Positions 59,078-64,000 of a stretch of 64,000 nucleotides of DNA are shown one piece after another. The stretch lies in sequence record OQ032511.1. One strand, written 5' to 3'. The translations under genes were made by a program, and so were the position numbers. The DNA is from Acinetobacter phage nACB1. A model generated the notes under the pieces. The model saw nothing but the letters and a program-made list of their open reading frames with translations, had not been told where the DNA came from and searched no databases. Position 1 is the stretch's first letter; every line of letters starts with the position of its first letter.

Positions 59078-59347
59078 TTAATGATTAAAGTAATTAACAA
59101 TGTCTTCCCATGCTAAATGACTTAGCATGAGGAATTGGAGATAGTCTTGTTCGTTTAAGTAGATGACACTTCTATCATCTTCAAATTGAGGTAATTCAGG
59201 AAAGTAGTTACATACCCATGACTTGCGGTAGAAGTTAAATGCAATGGATATACAATTAACTTTCCAACCTCTATCAAGCTCACCTATACGATGTTCATCA
59301 GGTAAGTCAGTTACATCAAATATCAGTGTTGCTAGTGAAGTAATCAC
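59078..59347 (-). CDS. small ORF (89 aa) bridging the two RNAP II subunit genes; possible third RNAP piece or frameshifted segment
   Basis: Fills the 255-nt gap between subunit ORFs; overlaps upstream ORF by 32 nt in another frame. Confidence 0.35.
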   Translation of the reverse strand: MITSLATLIFDVTDLPDEHRIGELDRGWKVNCISIAFNFYRKSWVCNYFPELPQFEDDRSVIYLNEQDYLQFLMLSHLAWEDIVNYFNH

Positions 59348-60296
59348 TTGGAACCTCCAGTTTTACTTTGTCATATAAGTCAACAGATGCTTTCTTATAT
59401 GCAGCTCCCTGTGGTGTGATGTGATAGCCTTGCATGTAAAGTCTTCCACGTTTATCAGGCTTAACAGTGATATACATCTTGTTCCCATTCATACGAATGA
59501 GATTGTAGAAGTATGCAGACTGCTGAAGATGCTTCTTCCAGTTCTGATGTTGTTGTGCTATTGCACGTTGTAGATCAATCGTATTCATTAAATGAGAGTC
59601 TTTAACTACATTGAGATCAGTAGTTGGCTCCTCTTTAATGTTGTCTAATACCCACTCATTGAGCGTGTATTTATAACGATTCATCAGGTTAAGTACATCA
59701 AGACAGATAGGCTCATTGTGGTGGTTTATAGAACCTCCTAGTATCAATGATTCACCTTTAATAGTGAGATACCCACTATCACGATTACCTCGTAATGTCT
59801 TTGGTTTAGATAGCATTGGTGGTAAGTAACAAGCACGTTCAACATAGGCTTGTAGCTCATCATTCAGTTTGAAGTTACTACGTACATAGACAGAGCTATT
59901 AACGTGATACTTAACTAAATGATAGAAGTTGGTATTACATACAACAGCTAATACTTCAGCCATAGTTTGAATACCAACACGAGTATCATCAAAGCCAATA
60001 GCAGGAGCTAATTGACTTGCTAGATTGTTAAGTGTGGTTTCAGTACTAAGACTAGCTATACGTACGAATATGTCTGTTACAAGCTCTTTCAAGTCCATTT
60101 GTGATACATGGTCTTTACGAGTTTGTTTGGATGCATACGAGCTTGGTGATTGACACCAATTATTAATAAGCTCTACGCCTTGGTTAATACGATTCTCAAC
60201 TTCAGGTATTGTAGCCATATAATCAAGCACAGCTTTCTTAATACCTTTACGAGAGAACATATTCTCAATTGCCATTTGGCCTTCAACTAAATTCAT
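59316..60296 (-). CDS. phage RNA polymerase II N-terminal subunit (T7 RNAP N-terminal domain-like)
   Basis: 326 aa just upstream of catalytic subunit, as N4 gp15/gp16; no catalytic motifs (expected). Confidence 0.45.
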   Translation of the reverse strand: MNLVEGQMAIENMFSRKGIKKAVLDYMATIPEVENRINQGVELINNWCQSPSSYASKQTRKDHVSQMDLKELVTDIFVRIASLSTETTLNNLASQLAPAIGFDDTRVGIQTMAEVLAVVCNTNFYHLVKYHVNSSVYVRSNFKLNDELQAYVERACYLPPMLSKPKTLRGNRDSGYLTIKGESLILGGSINHHNEPICLDVLNLMNRYKYTLNEWVLDNIKEEPTTDLNVVKDSHLMNTIDLQRAIAQQHQNWKKHLQQSAYFYNLIRMNGNKMYITVKPDKRGRLYMQGYHITPQGAAYKKASVDLYDKVKLEVPSDYFTSNTDI

Positions 60297-60316
60297 AAGT
60301 ACCTCTTAATATGTAT

Positions 60317-60346
60317 TAATAAAAATGCCTAACCCGAAGGCTAGGC
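60317..60346 (-). terminator. intrinsic terminator
   Basis: gcctaacc-cgaa-ggctaggc (one mismatch); minus-strand atttttatta. Confidence 0.5.
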
Positions 60347-60353
60347 AATATGA

Positions 60354-60713
60354 TTATTCAGCAGATGGTGCTACTGGATTTGCAATACCAAGTTTACTGA
60401 GATCAACCACTACAGGTGTGTTCTCATCACGCGCTAAGCTGATCTCAACTTGAATTAAAGATGCTGCTTGTTGCTCGGTTAACACACCTTGTTTGATTAA
60501 CTCAACAATTTGTTTCTCGGCTGCTTTCTCTAGGTATAAACCTAAAGTTAAATCACCAACTACTTTGACACGCGTACCATCACCTAAAGGTAAATATAGG
60601 TTTACATAAGCTAAACGTGTCTTTGGTTCTTGGTTTCCACGGCGATTGCCTTGTGCATTGTTAGCAGTAGCAGTTGCAGTGTTGTTTGTATTTTCAGGGA
60701 ATTGAAATGACAT
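60354..60713 (-). CDS. hypothetical protein (119 aa)
   Basis: ORF. Confidence 0.45.
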   Translation of the reverse strand: MSFQFPENTNNTATATANNAQGNRRGNQEPKTRLAYVNLYLPLGDGTRVKVVGDLTLGLYLEKAAEKQIVELIKQGVLTEQQAASLIQVEISLARDENTPVVVDLSKLGIANPVAPSAE

Positions 60714-60801
60714 AATGATAATCCTGTGAAGAAGATTGGCGAAATTGCCACTTAAAAGCGTAGCGTTAAAGCTATCGTGCAGGTGAACCTACCGCGAAGC
60801 A

Positions 60802-60830
60802 GAAAAAAGCACAGTATTAACTACTGTGCT
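60802..60830 (-). terminator. intrinsic terminator overlapping stop of gene 60821..61267
   Basis: agcacagta-ttaac-tactgtgct; minus-strand T6 follows. Confidence 0.6.
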
Positions 60831-61267
60831 ATTGCTTTAATATATGCTGCATAATCTGCCTCATATATACGATATTGTCTTCCTAATCTAGCAGGTAGAT
60901 TATATTCAAGCTTCTTGTATTTAAAATATAGATTACACTCTATTAACCTTTGTAATACTTTCATTATTATAACGTCATGAGACTTACCATAATAAGGGAT
61001 CATATCCTCCCATAGATAATATGCATGACTTATATTAAGCAATATAAAGTCTTGATATTCAAATGGTAGGTGACGAGTTAAGTCTACAAATTTTAGTATT
61101 ATAAAAGGTTCAACTACAGTATTAGAATGATCTAACATATTATTAGCATCAGCTACTAAATGCCAGAAATCAAGGTAAAAAGACTTACTTGGAAATAAGA
61201 GTCTTGCTACTTTACCTTGTGCTTGTGCTAGGTATGAACCTACGTTATTACCGCTAAAAGTGCTCAT
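60821..61267 (-). CDS. hypothetical protein (148 aa)
   Basis: ORF. Confidence 0.45.
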   Translation of the reverse strand: MSTFSGNNVGSYLAQAQGKVARLLFPSKSFYLDFWHLVADANNMLDHSNTVVEPFIILKFVDLTRHLPFEYQDFILLNISHAYYLWEDMIPYYGKSHDVIIMKVLQRLIECNLYFKYKKLEYNLPARLGRQYRIYEADYAAYIKAIAQ

Positions 61268-61338
61268 AAATACTCCAATAATAGAGTTAGAAAAGCCCTA
61301 CGAATAGGGCTATAGATATTAGTCTTGCTTAGCGAAAA

Positions 61339-61611
61339 CTATGGATTTAAGGCTTCTTTAGCCTTTAGGTCTGAGATGAATTTACATGCATCACATAAGA
61401 ACTCTTTACAGTGTTCTTCTACCATTTCATCAGTGAATTGAAAGCGTACTTTCATCATGTTAATGACCTTTTGATGTTGCTCAATGCACTCTTCGGGATA
61501 CTCCCAGAATGCTTGGAAAGCAGCATCATCAAGTACTTCAGTTAATGATGGATTAGCTGCAATGTATTCCATTGCAAGCTCCATAGGTGCTTTAGTTACT
61601 TGTTCTTCCAC
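61339..61611 (-). CDS. hypothetical acidic protein (90 aa)
   Basis: ORF. Confidence 0.45.
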   Translation of the reverse strand: MEEQVTKAPMELAMEYIAANPSLTEVLDDAAFQAFWEYPEECIEQHQKVINMMKVRFQFTDEMVEEHCKEFLCDACKFISDLKAKEALNP

Positions 61612-61815
61612 AGATATACTCCTAGTGATAATCCAAGAACGATACAGATAATTGAGATGATAAGATCAATACTCATAGTGAATATACTCCAACAGATAGT
61701 AGGACACATGCTATAGCTATGCTAATACATGTGTTTTCTTGCTTTGATTGCTTAGGTGCTATTACTGCAATGGTCATAGATATGCACCATATAAATCCTA
61801 GTAAGAACAGTGCTT

Positions 61816-62196
61816 TTATTTGGTAAGTATCCATACAATAGCATCCATAAGTATTTGAATTGCTTGGTTTCGTCCTACTGAAGTAGAGCCTTTGAGCAAT
61901 TGATTAATGTTAGTGAATATATCTAACTGAGCTTGAGTACGCATACTTCTTTGGTTCTCCCAAATGTTACGCATGTACTCACGATATGTTTCAGTTGATA
62001 TGTTGGTTGTTGAAGTCTCAAGTTTAACTAATAGCTCATCTACGAGTAGAAGCTCATGATATGAAATCAAAGCTTTTAAGATGATCTTGTTAGCTTCTTG
62101 AGGCTTATAGTTGATCTTACTAAGTTGAACATTATCAGCAAATGATAGTGCTGTTAGCTTAGCAATTTCAGAATGAACTTCTACACGAGTAGGCAT
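61816..62196 (-). CDS. hypothetical protein (126 aa)
   Basis: ORF. Confidence 0.45.
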   Translation of the reverse strand: MPTRVEVHSEIAKLTALSFADNVQLSKINYKPQEANKIILKALISYHELLLVDELLVKLETSTTNISTETYREYMRNIWENQRSMRTQAQLDIFTNINQLLKGSTSVGRNQAIQILMDAIVWILTK

Positions 62197-62361
62197 GGTT
62201 ATGCTCCAGTAATTACAGTCATATTAGAGCGTAGCTCTTTGATTGTATTAGTCTTAGTACCAATAAGATGCTTATTAGTACCATAGGCTAAATAGATGTT
62301 TGAACCATCAACATAGATGTCTTGGTTCAGTGAATTAGATAGTAGAGGATCGTATTTCATG

Positions 62362-62850
62362 TTAGTTACTAATTAGTGGAAATGCTGGTTCAAGTAAGTC
62401 TGGATCAGTAGATGATTTAATCTCTACAACAGGTACACCTAGTTCTTTAGTACGTTGTTTAATAGCTTCAGTTTTAGACTTCTTAGGTTTCTTAGCATCA
62501 CGTATTTGATAGATAAGAAATTCTAATGCCCATCCATTCTTATCAAGTAAGTAAACTAATTTAGGGTTATGACTAAATGTACATGCATAACGTGAAGTGC
62601 CTGCAACAGGCATACACGTAAGTACATCAAGCCAACCATGAATGGTACGTACTTGTTTAGTTGTTAGTTTAGGCATTACATCTACACCAACAGGGTATTT
62701 AGTTAATGAAGCTTTAGCAGCTTCATAACCAGATTCTTTATATATTTCAAGGACTATACCTAGTTCATCATCATCAGATGTTTCTTTAGATAAGAGCATT
62801 AGTTCTTGAATAGTCTTTTCAGATTCAATGAGTATTGAGATTGGTTTCAT
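62362..62850 (-). CDS. hypothetical protein (162 aa)
   Basis: ORF; start overlaps stop of 24-aa zinc-knuckle micro-ORF. Confidence 0.45.
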   Translation of the reverse strand: MKPISILIESEKTIQELMLLSKETSDDDELGIVLEIYKESGYEAAKASLTKYPVGVDVMPKLTTKQVRTIHGWLDVLTCMPVAGTSRYACTFSHNPKLVYLLDKNGWALEFLIYQIRDAKKPKKSKTEAIKQRTKELGVPVVEIKSSTDPDLLEPAFPLISN

Positions 62851-62921
62851 TTACTTACTCCACAATGAGGATGATGCCATTTACCACAGATAGGGCATGG
62901 TGGAAAGAATGTATAAATCAT
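62847..62921 (-). CDS. 24-aa Cys/His micro-ORF (MIYTFFPPCPICGKWHHPHCGVSK), below ORF-track cutoff
   Basis: ATG..TGA with ATGA overlap onto next gene; C-x2-C...H-x2-C pattern. Confidence 0.3.
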   Translation of the reverse strand: MIYTFFPPCPICGKWHHPHCGVSK

Positions 62922-63041
62922 TAGATAGCTCCAATTAGTTGAATGAATAAGTCATGTAGTTACGGTGTTGCTCAGCAAGACATGCAATAGGCTTACGCAT
63001 ATGCATGTAGTACTGAATGATGTGTGAGTTATGTATGTTTC

Positions 63042-63224
63042 TCAAATGAGTATGTATTCCTTTGCAAGACGTGCTTGATTAGCAATGAACTCTCTATGTT
63101 CACGCTTAACACGAGTACGTGCATAGCGATTACCTTTGTTGGTAGATACATAGTTCATACCAAGATGTGCAGCTGTACGATAGCGACCATCAAGCATATC
63201 GAAGTACTTCATACGTATACGCAT
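63042..63224 (-). CDS. questionable small basic ORF (60 aa)
   Basis: Arg/Lys-rich ORF; antisense ORF of similar size exists. Confidence 0.3.
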   Translation of the reverse strand: MRIRMKYFDMLDGRYRTAAHLGMNYVSTNKGNRYARTRVKREHREFIANQARLAKEYILI

Positions 63225-63312
63225 ATCAGTTTCCTTTAATCTGTTGGATTAATAGATTACGAGTGTAGTGTCTGTACAACCAGAAGTGTGCATCATGTTT
63301 CATAGTAATACC

Positions 63313-63609
63313 TTAATGGATCATGTACTTAGTGAGAGGTAATGCATCATTTACTTGCTTAAATAATACATGTTGGTTGTGCATTTGATTTTGTACCTGT
63401 GCTTCTGGATAGTAAGCAGGATTAGTGATAAAGAACTCAATGATAGTGTTGATAGTGCCTTCTTCTAATACACAGTCTAAAGCCAGGGATAGAGTAGGAT
63501 GATTATATGAATCAACTAAATCATACAGACCATTAATGGTGTAGTGATTGTTAGCAATCATAAGATTAGAGATTGCATTCATTTCAGGTGATTCAGTAGT
63601 GTTAGACAT
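63313..63609 (-). CDS. hypothetical early protein (98 aa)
   Basis: First sizeable minus-strand ORF downstream of hairpin 63882. Confidence 0.45.
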   Translation of the reverse strand: MSNTTESPEMNAISNLMIANNHYTINGLYDLVDSYNHPTLSLALDCVLEEGTINTIIEFFITNPAYYPEAQVQNQMHNQHVLFKQVNDALPLTKYMIH

Positions 63610-63881
63610 AAGTACCTCTTAGGTTAGTTTAGGTTTAAATGGATGAATAGCAGAGATATAGGTAGAGGAAACAACATTAGATAAACAAGTACTAAGTACT
63701 GATCTAACTCATTTCTACTACTATCTCTCCAGTTCTAAGCGTAGCTAATTATCTATATCAGAATTACTGATAATAGATATAAGCATTACTCGTTAGACAG
63801 ATTGAACTATCAAGATATACTGCGTACAGGGTAGCAAGGAAAACATACACCTATAACTATGTATTTATATTTATATATAAG

Positions 63882-63898
63882 ACTGTACGGAGTACAGT
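63882..63898 (-). promoter_or_regulatory. 7-bp stem / GGA-loop hairpin: N4 vRNAP-type early promoter candidate
   Basis: actgtac-GGA-gtacagt on plus (template) strand in AT-rich non-coding DNA upstream of the first minus-strand early genes. Confidence 0.45.
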
Positions 63899-64000
63899 TA
63901 ATTATAGGAATTAGTGTATAGATAAGAATGTCTATAGCTATAGGTATAAGAATAAGTAGAGCCATACAAAATATACTGTTTTCTCAGATAGTTTTTAAAT

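Overview
The window is about 64 kb of an N4-like (Schitoviridae-type) phage genome. Three hallmarks support this: a 3332-aa virion RNA polymerase gene (1078..11076, +), a split T7-like RNAP II pair (57828..60296, -), and convergent middle/replication genes on the minus strand (SSB-like, primase, P-loop ATPase, Cas4-like nuclease, class I RNR alpha/beta, ThyX, Dda-like helicase, family A DNA polymerase, MoxR-AAA/vWA pair). Unusual features found by reading the sequence: (1) the DNA polymerase gene is split inside motif B by an ~843-nt group I-like intron carrying an HNH homing endonuclease, with exon-terminal U and intron-terminal G; (2) a plus-strand late module (24.0-35.0 kb: giant ~2570-aa fibre-like protein, two small structural proteins, N-acetylmuramidase endolysin, embedded i-/o-spanin pair) sits inside the minus-strand replication arm, and its giant gene is split by a perfect 55-bp tandem duplication; (3) a cluster of four tRNAs (Ser-Thr-Tyr-Pro, minus strand) is followed by a terminator, a 6-bp/GAA-loop hairpin and ~630 nt of ORF-free, highly structured sequence ending in a strong terminator just before the next gene's RBS; (4) 6-7 bp stem / 3-nt G(G/A)A-loop hairpins recur in promoter positions on the minus-strand block (63882, 56837, 49749, 48424), compatible with N4 vRNAP-type hairpin promoters; (5) tRNA-like T-arm fragments without acceptor stems lie at 52.57-52.82 kb; (6) tandem overlapping paralog arrays of ~100-aa proteins, an SPFH-like lipoprotein, at least three HNH homing endonucleases, and several micro-ORFs below the ORF-track cutoff. 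All calls come from motif reading without database searches; coordinates of RNA elements may be off by a few nt.
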